NCBI RefSeq assembly: GCF_036971445.1 | Contig: NC_091480.1 | Coordinates: 15,066,001 to 15,130,000, forward strand | Length of the DNA stretch: 64,000 bases | Source of the DNA: Narcine bancroftii | Taxonomy: Eukaryota | Direction of reading: 5' to 3' | Shown here: piece after piece, positions 25,169-37,537 of the stretch | Position numbering within the stretch: the stretch's first letter is position 1 | Layout: every line of letters starts with the position of its first letter | Position numbers and translations under genes: made by a program | Notes under the pieces: generated by a model | The model's input: only the letters and a program-made list of their open reading frames with translations | The model's database searches: none | Told to the model about the DNA's origin: nothing

Positions 25169-25805
25169 TATAAATCTTTGGCTTGGCTTCGCGGACGAAG
25201 ATTTATGGAGGGGGTAATGTCCACGTCAGCTGCAGGCTCGTTTGTGGCTGACAAGCCCGATGCGGGATAGGCAGACACGGTTGCAGGGGAAAATTTGTTG
25301 GTTGGGTGTTGGGTTTTTCCTCCTTTGTCTTTTGTCAGTGAGGTGGGCTCTGCGGTCTTCTTCAAAGGAGGTTGCTGCCCGCCGAACTGTGAGGCGCCAA
25401 GATGCACGGTTGGGGGCGATATCAGCCCACTGGCGGTGGTCAATGTGGCAGGCACCAAGAGATTTCTTTAGGCAGTCCTTGTACCTCTTCTTTGGTGCAC
25501 CTCTGGCACGGTGGCCAGTGGAGAGCTCGCCATATAACATGATCTTGGGAAGGCGATGGTCCTCCATTCTGGAGACGTGACCCACCCAGCGCAGCTGGAT
25601 CTTCAGCAGCGTGGACTCGATGCTGTCAGCCTCTGCCATCTCGAGTACTTCGACGTTAGGGATGAAGGCGCTCCAATGAATGTTGAGGATGGAGCAGAGA
25701 CAACGCTGGTGGAAGTGTTCTAGGAGCCGTAGGTGATGCCGGTAGAGGACCCATGATTCGGAGCCGAACAGGAGTGGGTATGACAACGGCTCTGTATACG
25801 CTATA
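25169..25805 (-). mobile_element. 5'-truncated RTE (BovB-like) LINE
   Basis: ORF 25226..25786 LLFGSESWVLYRHHLRLLEHFHQRCL...QLRWVGHVSRMEDHRLPKIMLYGEL...PKKRYKD...FPC..CLSRIGLVSH = RTE C-terminus with zinc-finger remnant. Confidence 0.9.
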
Positions 25806-26869
25806 TGTTAAATATCATTTAACAAACCGTGCTTTGTCTGTCATGAAGTGTTGTTGCTTCTTTGGTTAACTGCCAAACATCAGAGTTTATTCTGGGATCT
25901 CTTTCAGACCCAACAAGGCACTTTGTAACATGTCAATTAAGAGACAGCATTTTAACAGGGCACAAAATTATTCTTGCATTTCTCAGGGTTGGTGAATGGA
26001 CAAGGAAACATACTTTTTTGGCAATATTCTACATCTGAGTAGATTTTCATGTTGTGATAGGGCAATTAACCCTGTAACAAATAAATTTATAAATATCATC
26101 AATTCTTGGACATTTGAAATTATAGTCAAAAGTACGAAACTCCACCAATGATATATAATCAATATTTTGTTATGATTATTCAGTAACTCGGATCAGTTCA
26201 GTTCTTGTGTTCAATCTACTTTATTGCAGTCATGTTCAGACAAAGTTCGTACAAGAAATCATGAGTGTGAACATCTGAATTTGAAATCATACCAGCAGTT
26301 TTCCCTTGGGTATTGAAAACTGCCATTTCAATATAAAAATATGATTCATCTACAGTTACTCAAAGACAGTAAATCTTAATAAGGCTGGCCACTCATCACA
26401 AAGTTACTTACATTTTAAAATAGAATTTCCATTCTAGAATGAGTTATTATCTGAATAGGAAAAAAAGAGGGTGTGATTGAATGGTATTTAACAAATGATT
26501 TTATTCATTTTGAGGCATAGTGAAAAGGAAAAATCCTCTTGTCACAAGCAGATGTATTCATTGTGGAAATGGCTTGCCAGAGTTTAAATTTACTCATTTT
26601 ATTACTGTTTATAAACCATAACTTCAACATTTTGAGGTTTTATACATATTTGCTCTTTGAAAATAAAGTTTATAGGTTAATATTTGATGGTAATCTGTGT
26701 AAGTAAGCAATTTTATCTCAAGCAATGCCACAAAATTTTATGAAAATTTGTTCTCTGACCTGCCACTCTGAAAGAAAGTTAAACGAAAGTTACTTCTCTT
26801 CCACGTGGGAGAGTCCTGACATCTCGGAAGTGATAAGAATGTGATGGTATTGAGTGGTTAGCCATTGTA

Positions 26870-27190
26870 CATTCAGTGCCCGGGTTACAAACGTCCAACT
26901 TGTGGACACCGTATTTACGAACGGACTATGCGTGGCTTCAGTGGTTCGTCGGTTCAAGGAAGGATAACGCTGTCCACCATTATGTCGGATCACGTTGCCT
27001 CCCTTGATGCCTCCTTCACGAAATTGAATCCAGTAATTTTATATGCATAGAAAGGTAAAGTATATACTATATACTAAGAGAAATATTTGTCGCTAAATAA
27101 GAATTTTATGTACATGTTCCGACTTACCTACAAATTTGACTTAAATACAGACTTAGGAATGGATCTCGTTTGTAACCCAGGGACTGCCTG
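26870..27190. mobile_element. Tigger-like MITE
   Basis: Left TA|CATTCAGTGCCCGGGTTACAAACG versus right-end reverse complement CAGGCAGTCCCTGGGTTACAAACG. Confidence 0.75.
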
Positions 27191-27929
27191 TCTTCAAATT
27201 GTCAGTCATATTGCCACAGGAAAAGCCTCAGAAATATTCCAGTACAAATCCACACATTCAATTTTTAAATTTTCATTATTTTTACATTTGCACCCATGAT
27301 AATAATTGAGAGCATTTCCAGTTAGTGCTGATCTAAAATTCTAATTTTAGATTTCTCTTTTTTATATCAGCCCACTCTTTGTGGGTGGATGGCAAGCACC
27401 ACTGGGGCATGAATATGCAGAAATTGAACTCCATTTGTAATACTCCCTCTGAGCTTTGCCAGTACAGCAATGCATCCTGGTGTCTTTGTGGGCTATATTT
27501 CATTTCCTGTCTGCGAGGATAAGTGATTAATGAAGTTTTGTGACTTGGTTTTTCATCACTGATTTCTTTCTGGAAAAATACATGGGCCAGATATGAGTTT
27601 AAAAAGTTGATCTCCTATCACTTATGAAGCATATTTCCCAAGCTTCTGGGAAGAAACTACATTTAAAATCAAGTCTGACTTCAACTGTGTAGGACTTCAA
27701 AAAACAATATTTGAAAACACAAATCATTCATAATGTCTAGAATGGCTTATGGGTGAAAAAGAAACTTTCTATCTGTATCCAGAGTCACTGGTCACTTATA
27801 CTAAGACTTTAATTTTGTACTCCAAATTCTCTTTGTATTAAAGATCTGGATGTGGTTTATCTTCCTAATTCCTTGTTGTACATATCTGCTATTCAGTGCT
27901 ATATATGGATGCCATCCTGGTCCCTCTAA

Positions 27930-28170
27930 ACAAGATTCAAGATTCATTTATTGTCATGTAATAAAGATAGTGCAATATTACATGGAATTTTCTTTTGTCT
28001 GCCATCAGACAGACAGATTTGCCATCGGCAGAAATTGCCTGAAGTGCCTCTTACAGTCAGAAAAAGAGAAGCAAGATGAAGTCCCCTCAGTCACTGAGCA
28101 TCTGTGGATTTGTCTCCTGCGCAGCCGCAGCCTCTGCAGTCCACAGAGTCAAGTCCAAGTCATCAGCCGC
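27930..28170 (-). repeat. Unclassified interspersed repeat with LINE-type 3' tail (second copy ~47120-47380)
   Basis: Shared blocks TTCAAGATT...TGTCATGTAATA...GAAATTGCC...TTACAGT.AGA.AAAGAGAAGCAA...CTGAG.ATCTGTGGATTT in both copies. Confidence 0.6.
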
Positions 28171-30247
28171 ACACAGTCTAGTGCAAACACTAAAATCTTT
28201 CAGTCTCTTACCATGCAAACATTTTCTAATGTGTTCTTTGAATGCCACATTCCAACTGTAATAATCTTGTTCATTCCAACCCCCCCCCCCCCACCCCCCC
28301 ACTCCTTTTCCAGAGCTCTTCTGCCCTCTCCTCACAGCACAATCTGGTGTGCTGTAATGTATTGTGGACAAACTTGTATTTTGTACATGGTCCACACATC
28401 ATTGACTGTATTTTTACCTGTTAACCAATCCTCAGTTCACTCAAGTAAATTATCCCAATTCCATGTGTGCTAATTTTGCTTAATAACCTTCTCTTCTTTA
28501 TTGAAGATCTCCTAAAAGACCAAATACACTGGTGGATCCTGTTTAGTTAATCTAATCAAAACCATAGAAAAATGGTAATGGTAACATTATTTTCCTTTCT
28601 TCAATCAATGTGGAATCTTCCCATTCAGTTATTTTTTTTCTACCACTTTTGAAGTAGATTCAAGCATTTTTTTGACCACTGATATCAGTTGAATAGACAT
28701 GTACCACCTCTCTCTTCAATACAATGGTTGAATTACATTTGCTATTTTCCAATCTGCAAACTGTTTTAGACTCATTGGAATTTTAAATGGATGACAACCA
28801 GTGCATCCACTGTCTCCACAGATTCATTCATTCAGGTACCTTGATGTTCGCCGTGGGTGATCATGACTCTCCATCCGTCATGATCTCTGACCCTCTGAAT
28901 TGGAGTTGTTGCCTCCCCGTTCTCCTTTGCTGAAGGCTCCTTCTTTGAGCTGAGACTGTAGTCGATGTTGAGTTCATGATTATACAAGGGGAAAAAAATA
29001 CTGAAGTGGTTTCCCCGTTGCCTTCTTCAGTTGCAGTGTTCAAACTGAACAGGTAACCCTGGCCATTGATCCACAGATTCATCTGCCCAGCATTTTACAA
29101 CCATAAATTCCAATTTGTAGAATCTGCTTGTAAAAAGCCATCCACCATCTGCAATCCATGGCTTCATGTGACCCTGATTGGATAGCTAAACAGGTAATAC
29201 ACCTTGCCCAAGGATGCCCTGTAGGCTATTAGAAGGAAGGAGTGATTTACACCTTTTGCTGAGCAATTGCACAGCATTGACACCGAATATAGAATATAGA
29301 TATTGCTTTCAAAACCTTGGAATGCAAGTCATCAGGTCCTAGAGATTTATTGGCTTATGGTCCCATTAATTAATTAATTTTTTAATAATGCTAATTTGTT
29401 TCAGCTCCTTATTCACTCTTTCTCTCTACGATTTCTCTAGATAATTTCTCCTATATCGGTCTGTAGGGGAACATTGTATTCTTATATTTTACATATCCAA
29501 ATAAACTTTTAGAATATTCCACTTTCCTTGTCAAGGCCTTGATACTTTTGTAGAGATGAACAATAATTGGTGCTGTCTGTAAGGAGTTTGCCATGTTCAC
29601 CATGGGTTTGTATGTTCACCATGGGTTTCCTCCAGGTGCTCTGATTTCTTCTCACCTTTCAAAAACATGTGGGGGTTTTGAGATGATTGTAGTATTTGGG
29701 CAACATGGGCTTGGGGGCCAGAAGGGCCTGTAACTGTCTTTCACAGAATGGTCAATTTCTTCAGTCTGGTTTCAAAATGCCTCTCTCTGCCTTCAGTTAT
29801 GTGTTTCTCTGAAATCATGACATGACATCACCACTGTTTAAGTTTCATTTTCTTCAAAACAATTATAGTAGATGACTTCCTTCAAATTATCATTTCACAT
29901 CCCCAAAAACATCTGGCCTCACCTCTGTCCAAGAGGTGTAAATGGTTAAAGTCTGAGTGCATGCCACTCCAGGAAGAACTTACTTAATTGAACAGCTGTG
30001 CACACCCACCCATTGTCTTAGAATCAATGAAGACCTATTTCAATTCCATTAGGGTTTTGTCATTTCAGACTCGGCAACTCCAAAATGAACTTTCTCTCTG
30101 AGTCTCTGTAAATGTGATGTGACCTGTATGTGAACCTGTATCCAGCCCACAAGCTAACTTTACTAAGAAATGTATATTTTATAACTAAAGATTAACACAA
30201 ATTTGTTAAAATATACTGAAGAAAAAATATAAAATTTACGCAGTTTA

Positions 30248-30623
30248 TGTTGTATTTCACCAACTATAACTGGGATACAGGGCATGTAAGAGCCAAAATG
30301 TGCCTACTTTGTTAGTCGATGTCCCAGGGTCCATAGGCTGGGCGCGGCCATCTTGATTCCTCTGCGCATGTGTGAGTCTGGTTGGCGCATGCATGAGAGA
30401 TAAGGATGCGAATTCAATATCATCAGACCGATTAATTCTTGTGCATGCACCCACTGAACTCCAATGCGCAAACCCACTTTGCATGCACCAACCAAAGACT
30501 CGCGCACAGGAATCAAGATGCTGCGCCCAGACTATGGACCTGGGACACCAATTAACAAAGGGGTTGAGCACATTTCGGCTCTTAGATGCCCTGTATCCCT
30601 GTTATAGTTTGTCAAATACAACA
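30248..30623. mobile_element. Palindromic (fold-back) MITE with ~140-bp TIRs, TGT...ACA ends
   Basis: Left TGTTGTATTTCACCAACTATAACTGGGATACAGGGCATGTAAGAGCC versus right reverse complement TGTTGTATTTGACAAACTATAACAGGGATACAGGGCATCTAAGAGCC; partial copy at ~24390-24580. Confidence 0.8.
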
Positions 30624-31829
30624 CTTGATCAGAAAGTTTGCTTTAGACTTTGGTACTCCAAGCATGCAGGCAAAATTCCGACTTGCGTCCATTTTGCGAT
30701 CATGACCGATCCTTTGGTTGCAATTATGGGGAGTATCTGTACTTCATTCAGATTAGGAGTAGCAAAGAAACATGTTTAGTGGGAGCTGAAGCATGGTACA
30801 AACAGTTCTAATGGTTAACTACACACTTTTTTTTTATCTAGCTGTATTCCTGTCATCCTTAAAGTAATCATTGCACTTAACATTTGAACCACGAACAATT
30901 GAACATAATTGAACCGTAATATTTTTGGGGACATCATGAACCATTTCCCTTAGGCATGTAATTTATTTCTGGTCTTTCTCATTTGAAATCCATCACATGT
31001 TGCTGCTCATGTGATGTCATAAATGTGGTAAAAGGATGATCAAATACATCTATATATGACTTTATAATATGTGCCAGATAGTGTTCGGAAGTGACACAAG
31101 GATGACCAATTATAGCGGTTTAGCCAGTGACCTCTTCAATTGCAAAAAGAAGGAGAATTTTAGTTCCTCATTTTGGTTAACAATAAATTAACAAGCTAGC
31201 TGTTGAAAAAGCTAAATATAAAATCTGCTGATAAAAGCTGTGTAGCACTAAATGAGATTGTTAAACCAAAATTAATTTTATTATTGAGCTTTAGTTTATG
31301 AAAGCACAATGCTAGAATGTTTACCAAAACAAGGAGATCATTTGGGTAGACACAAGTGAGGGGCCAAAACTTCAGATGTCACACATTGAAGAATTCTTGG
31401 CATCTTGATTCGGGGTGTGCTTCTTTATTGTGGATGACTGAATGACACTGTGAAAATGAGCCTATAATGAGATGTCTTCCCCGAAATGGTTCAGTTTAAT
31501 TTCCCAGTGGGTGGAATGTTGATAACGTGGCAATTATGACCAAACGTGATCACAGACAGCTAGGTTCAGATGGTCAGGTCGGATGACCAGCTACATCCTA
31601 CGAAAGGCAATTACCAATGCAAAAAGATAATTCTGGACCAAACTGGAGTCGTGGACTGATGCTTGGCACCTGTGGCAGGTCTTGCACATTCTACAAAGTA
31701 AAGCGATCTTGTATCTAGTTCATTTCTTTTGGGTGAGCTCAGCTCGTTTTGAAAATTATATACCCTCATGAAACCTCACAGCACCAGCAATTCTGTGCTC
31801 TCGGTTTTGGAGTCTGATGTGAAAGGAAT

Positions 31830-32861
31830 CTTCAGGTGGGTGAATTGTTGGAAGCCATCTGGCCAAGATGATGTGCATGGCTACATCTTCAAAATACCAC
31901 TGGCTGAAGTTTTTGCAGACTTTAACAACCTCTAGCTGTTATGTTCTAAGTTTCCCACCTGATTGAGAAGGACATCTATTGAACTGATGTCCAAACAAAG
32001 CAAAGTAACCTGCCTCAATGACTATCAGCTTGTGGTTTTGCATCTACATCTTTTGAGAGGTTGATTAGATCTCTGGAAGGATCTAGACTCACTTCAATTT
32101 GGCTGTTGTCACAGAGGTCAATGGCAGTTGCCATCTCGCTAGCTCTCCACTCTACATCAGATCACCTAGAGTACAAGTATACCAGGCTGTTTTATATTGG
32201 CTACAGCTTAGTGTTTAACACCATCATAACACCAAAACCTGTGATCAAACTAAGGAATCTGGAACTCTTGTTCCACCCTCCTTAACTGCATCCTTGAGTT
32301 CCTCATCTGCAGACCCCAATGAATGCAAATTGGCAGTAACATTTCATCCTCACTGACCATCAACACGCACACCTCTGGGCTGCCTAGTTAGTGACCTGAT
32401 GTATTCCCTATGCACTCATGATTGTATAATCAGGATCAGCTCCAATGCATCCATAAATTCGCTGGTGACTCAACAGTTGTTGGTAGAATAATGGGAAATT
32501 GAGTCAGAATGCTGAATCATGAATCTGATTGCATGGTGCTGGAATGACGTTTTCTCTCAATGTCAGTAAAGTCAAGAGGCTAATTGTGGATTTTAGGAAG
32601 AGGGGGGTTGAAGAATTACACACCCATCCATATTGATGGAATGACTGTGGAGAAGGTTAGTTCCTTCAAGTTCTTGGGAGTCCACATACCATGAGGACAT
32701 TTCTGGAACCAACACTTTGAGGGAACTGAAGAAGGCACACCAATGACTCTACTTTCCAAGAGGTCTGAGGAGATTTACATATCATCAAATACTCTATCAA
32801 ACTTCTACAGGTCTACTTTGAAAAGTATACTGATTGGTTCCATCATGGCATGGTTTGGTAA

Positions 32862-32864
<3 letters not shown>
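31830..32864 (+). mobile_element. Old Rex1/Babar LINE, 5' part (target of the L1 insertion)
   Basis: ORF 32061..32285 AISLALHSTSDHLE...FNTII..KL; continues after the L1 at 38903-39180. Confidence 0.8.
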
Positions 32865-32892
<28 letters not shown>

Positions 32893-33139
32893 TTTATTTT
32901 TCACACCATAAATCACAATACCCATGATATACACTTTTTCTTTTCCACACATTTACAGTGACTTTTTCTCCCTCCCCCCTCCCTCCTCCCAAGCCACCCC
33001 CCCATCCCTCCCCCCTCTCATCCATTTTAGTTATACAATCTAGGTTGCATTAATTCAGTTAGACAATGTTGTCATTCAACAAAAATACACCAGAAATTCT
33101 ACTGAGTCCATTTTTTTCTTCTCTTCTCCTTCCATCAAC

Positions 33140-36100
33140 TTAGGTAATGTTTGTTCCCGGTAGGTTTTCGCTATTGTATTTAATGTAAGGCTCCCAAACT
33201 TGTTCGAATATTTCAATATTATTTCTTAAACTATATGTTATTTTTTCTAATGGAATACATTTATTCATTTCTATATACCATTGTTGTATTTTCAAATTAT
33301 CTTCCAATTTCCAGGTTGACATAATACATTTTTTTGCTACAGCTAGGGCTATCTTAACAAATCTTTTTTGTGCATCCTCCAAGTCAATTCCAAATTCTTT
33401 ATTTTTTATGTTACTTAGGAGAAAGATCTCTGGATTCTTTGGTATATTGTTTTCTGTTATTTTATTTAATATCTGATTGAGATCATCCCAAAATTTTTCT
33501 ACTCTCTCACATGTCCAGATTGCATGAATTGTTGTTCCCCTTTCTTTTTTACATCGAAAACATCTATCAGATACTGTTGGGTCCCATTTATTTAACTTTT
33601 GCGGTGTAATGTATAGTCTGTGTAACCAATTATATTGTATCATACGCAGCCTCGTATTTATTGTATTTCTCATCGTTCCAGAGCATAACTTCTCCCATGT
33701 TTCCTTTTTTATCTTTATATTTAAATCTTGTTCCCATTTTTGTTTAGTTTTACCATTTGTTTCCTCATTTTCCTTTTCTTGCAGTTTAATATACATATTT
33801 TTTATAAATCTTTTGATTAACATTGTATCTGTAATCACATATTCAAGGTTACTTCCCTCTGGTAAACTCAAGTTGCTTCCTAATTTATCTTTCAAGTAGG
33901 ATCTCAGTTGGTAATATGCCAGCGCTGTATCTCCCGTTATATTGTACTTATCTCTCATTTGTTCAAAGGATAAGAATCTACTTCCTGAAAAACAATTTTC
34001 TATTCTTTTAATCCCTTTTTTTTCCCATTTTCTAAAGGCAAGGTTGTCTATTGTAAAAGGGAGTAGCTTATTTTGCGTCAATATTAGTTTTGGTATTTGG
34101 TAATTTATTTTATTTCTTTCTACATGTATCTTCTTCCATATATTGAGGAGATGGTGTAATACTGGAGAAGTTCTATGTTGTACCAATTTTTCGTCCCATT
34201 TATATAATATGTGTTCAGGTATCTTTTCCCCTATTTTATCTAATTCTAGTCTCGTCCAGTCTGGTTTTTCCCTTGTTTGATAAAAATCTGATAGGTACCT
34301 TAATTGTGCGGCTCTATAATAATTTTTGAAGTTTGGCAATTGTAAGCCTCCTTGTTTATACCATTCTGTTAATTTGTCTAGTGCTATCCTCGGTTTCCCC
34401 CCTCTCCATAAAAATCTCCTTATTATTTTCTTTAACTCTTTGAAGAATTTTTCTGTCAGTTGTATTGGCAATGCCTGAAATAAGTATAGTATCCTTGGAA
34501 AAATGTTCATTTTAATACAGTTTATCCTTCCTATCAGTGTTAGTGGTAGCTCTTTCCAATGCTCCAAATCGTCCTGTAACTTTTTCATTAGTGGATTGTA
34601 ATTGAGTTTATATAATTGGCCTAGATTTTTGTTTATTTGCACACCTAGGTATCTTATTGCCTGCGTTTGCCATCTGAATGGGGATTCCTCCTTAAATTTT
34701 GAGAAATCCGCATTATTCATAGGCATTGCTTCACTTTTATTTACGTTTATCTTGTATCCCGACACTTCTCCATATTCCTTCAATTTCTTATATAGTTCTT
34801 TTATTGATAGTTCTGGTTCTGTTAAGTACACTATCACATCATCCGCAAACAGACTGATTTTATATTCCCTGTCTTTTATTTTTATTCCTTTTATATTATT
34901 ATCTCTTCTTATCGATTCTGCTAGTGGTTCTATAGCTAGCGCAAACAATAATGGTGATAGTGGGCATCCCTGCCGCGTTGACCTGCTTAAGTTAAATTGC
35001 TTTGATACATGTCCATTTACTGTCACTTTCGCTAACGGTCCCTTATATAATGCTTTAATCCAATTAATATACTTCTCCGGTAAACTGAATTTTTGCAATA
35101 CTTTGAACAAGTAATTCCATTCTACTCTGTCGAAGGCCTTCTCTGCGTCTAAAGCAACTGCTACTGCCGGTGCTTTATTTCCTTCTACTGCATGAATTAA
35201 GTTAATAAATTTACAAATATTGTCTGTTGTGCGTCTTTTTTTGATAAATCCAGTTTGGTCTAAATTTACCATTTTCGGTACCTGTTCTGCTAATCTGTTC
35301 GCTAATAGTTTAGCTATTATCTTATAATCTGTGTTTAGCAAAGATATTGGTCTATATGACGCTGGTGAGAGTGGATCTTTCCCTTGTTTTAGTATCACTG
35401 TAATTATTGCTGTTTTACATGAATCTGGTAAGTTTTGTGTCTCATCAATCTGGTTGATTACATCCAGGAGGGGCGGTATTATTAGGTCTTTAAATGTTTT
35501 GTAGAATTCTATTGGGAGTCCATCCTCTCCTGGTGTCTTATTATTTGGTAAATTTTTTATTATCTCTTGTATTTCTACTGTTCCAAATGGTTCTGTTAAT
35601 TTATTTTGTTCCTCTATTTGTAGTTTTGGTAGTTCAATTTTAGTCAAAAATTCATCTATTTTCCCTTCTTTCCCTTCGTTTTCGGTTCGGTATAATTGTT
35701 CATAGAATTCTCTGAAGTTTTCCTTAATTTCTTTTGGATTATATGTAATTTGTTTGTCTTTTTTCCTTGTTGCCAATACCATTTTCTTAGTTTGCTCTGT
35801 CTTAAGCTGCCATGCTAGGATTTTGTGTGTTTTTTCCCCTAGTTCATAATATTTCTGTTTTGTCTTCATTATATTCTTCTCCACCTTATATGTTTGTAAT
35901 GTTTCATATTTTATTTTTTTATCCGCCAATTCTCTTCTTTTGGTTGTATCTTCCTTTATTGCTAATTTTTTTTCTATGTTTATTATTTCCCTTTCCAACT
36001 GCTCTGTTTCCTGATTATAGTCCTTCTTCATCTTGGTTGCATAACTTATTATTTGCCCTCTAATGAATGCTTTCATTGCGTCCCATAGTATAAACTTATC

Positions 36101-36937
36101 TTCCACTGATTCCGTATTTACTTCAAAGTACATTTTTAATTGTTTTTCAATAAATTCTCTAAAATCCTGTCTTTTAAGTAGCATGGGGTTTAATCTCCAT
36201 CTATACATTCTTGGAGGGATGTCTTCTAGCTCTATTGCCAATAACAGGGGTGAGTGGTCCGATAATAGTCTAGCTTTATATTCCGTTTTCCTAACTCTCC
36301 CTTGTATGTGGGCTGATAACAGGAATAGGTCTATCCTTGAGTATGTTTTATGTCTAGTCGAGTAGTATGAGTATTCCTTTTCTTTTGGGTTTTGTTTCCT
36401 CCATATGTCCACAAGTTTCATTTCTTGCATAGATTTAATTATAAATTTGGTTACTTTGTTCTTCCTGTTAATTTTTTTCCCCGTTTTATCCATATTTGGA
36501 TCCAAATTCAGATTGAAATCCCCTCCTATTAGTATGTTCCCTTGCGTATTAGCTACCTTCAAAAAGATATCTTGCATAAACTTTTGATCTTCTTCGTTAG
36601 GTGAATATATATTAAGTAGATTCCAAAGCTCTGAATATATCTGACATTTTATCATAACATATCTCCCTGCTGGATCTATTATTTCCTCTTCTATTTTAAA
36701 TGGCACATTTTTGCTAATTAATATAGCCACTCCTCTTGCTTTTGAATTATACGATGCTGCTGTTACATGTCCTACCCAATCTCTCTTTAATTTCTTGTGC
36801 TCCAATTCAGTTAAATGTGTTTCTTGGACAAATGCTATATCTATTTTTTCCTTTTTCAGTAAATTTAGTAGTTTCTTCCTTTTAATTTGGTTATGTATTC
36901 CATTAATATTTAGAGTCATATAGTTCAGCGTAGCCAT
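33140..36937 (-). CDS. L1 ORF2p: APE endonuclease, reverse transcriptase, C-terminal CCHC zinc knuckle (1265 aa)
   Basis: LNINGI, VQETH, GGDFN, YSRID, SDH (APE); PGEDG, YRPISLLNTDYK, LDAEKAFD, RQGCPLSP, LFADD, YLG (RT); CFRC...HAIWTC. Confidence 0.97.
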   Translation of the reverse strand: MATLNYMTLNINGIHNQIKRKKLLNLLKKEKIDIAFVQETHLTELEHKKLKRDWVGHVTAASYNSKARGVAILISKNVPFKIEEEIIDPAGRYVMIKCQIYSELWNLLNIYSPNEEDQKFMQDIFLKVANTQGNILIGGDFNLNLDPNMDKTGKKINRKNKVTKFIIKSMQEMKLVDIWRKQNPKEKEYSYYSTRHKTYSRIDLFLLSAHIQGRVRKTEYKARLLSDHSPLLLAIELEDIPPRMYRWRLNPMLLKRQDFREFIEKQLKMYFEVNTESVEDKFILWDAMKAFIRGQIISYATKMKKDYNQETEQLEREIINIEKKLAIKEDTTKRRELADKKIKYETLQTYKVEKNIMKTKQKYYELGEKTHKILAWQLKTEQTKKMVLATRKKDKQITYNPKEIKENFREFYEQLYRTENEGKEGKIDEFLTKIELPKLQIEEQNKLTEPFGTVEIQEIIKNLPNNKTPGEDGLPIEFYKTFKDLIIPPLLDVINQIDETQNLPDSCKTAIITVILKQGKDPLSPASYRPISLLNTDYKIIAKLLANRLAEQVPKMVNLDQTGFIKKRRTTDNICKFINLIHAVEGNKAPAVAVALDAEKAFDRVEWNYLFKVLQKFSLPEKYINWIKALYKGPLAKVTVNGHVSKQFNLSRSTRQGCPLSPLLFALAIEPLAESIRRDNNIKGIKIKDREYKISLFADDVIVYLTEPELSIKELYKKLKEYGEVSGYKINVNKSEAMPMNNADFSKFKEESPFRWQTQAIRYLGVQINKNLGQLYKLNYNPLMKKLQDDLEHWKELPLTLIGRINCIKMNIFPRILYLFQALPIQLTEKFFKELKKIIRRFLWRGGKPRIALDKLTEWYKQGGLQLPNFKNYYRAAQLRYLSDFYQTREKPDWTRLELDKIGEKIPEHILYKWDEKLVQHRTSPVLHHLLNIWKKIHVERNKINYQIPKLILTQNKLLPFTIDNLAFRKWEKKGIKRIENCFSGSRFLSFEQMRDKYNITGDTALAYYQLRSYLKDKLGSNLSLPEGSNLEYVITDTMLIKRFIKNMYIKLQEKENEETNGKTKQKWEQDLNIKIKKETWEKLCSGTMRNTINTRLRMIQYNWLHRLYITPQKLNKWDPTVSDRCFRCKKERGTTIHAIWTCERVEKFWDDLNQILNKITENNIPKNPEIFLLSNIKNKEFGIDLEDAQKRFVKIALAVAKKCIMSTWKLEDNLKIQQWYIEMNKCIPLEKITYSLRNNIEIFEQVWEPYIKYNSENLPGTNIT

Positions 36938-37537
36938 TTTATATTTTGTTTATCTTCTCTTTCCGTTTTTCCATCATTACCTTTCCTCCTTTTCCATTTC
37001 TGTTTTCTTATTTTCAACTCTTTACCAGACAACATTCCTACAACATCCAACATTTTCCTTATTCTCCTATTTCTATCTTCTTTATCCCCAATCTCCCCTT
37101 CCCCTCCTGAGTTGCCCTTTATCCCTTGTCGGACAACCACATCTCCCCTCTCCATTTGGATTTGCGAATCCACTCGCAAGCGTCAACTGATTTTGCAGTG
37201 ACCGCTCTTTTCCCCCCACCCAGCCCCCCCCAGAAAAGATTTCGTTTTTTATATGTCACAAAGGTCACTCTTTTAGTTCCCTCCTTATTCTCTCTATTCC
37301 ATTACCTTCCCTTATTAATTCTTGTCTATACTTTCTATGTTTTCCTCTAATTACAGATACTTTCACATATGCCCGTTGTCTCTATTCACTCTTATACCTC
37401 TTTACCCGCATACATATCAATCGTGGTCATTTTTACCCTCCTTACCCGTCTTCATCCCTCAGTCTATTTTTGTCTTTACCCACATACATATCAATCGTGA
37501 TAATTTTTGCTCTCATTACCCGTCTTCATCCCTCAGT

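Noticed and set aside
27850-28473. 207-aa plus-strand ORF
   Set aside because: Crosses unrelated repeat fragments and a poly-C run; no homology recognised.
30261-30285. Resemblance of AACTATAAC.GGGATACAGG to homing-endonuclease sites
   Set aside because: Partial chance match within a MITE TIR; no endonuclease or rDNA context.
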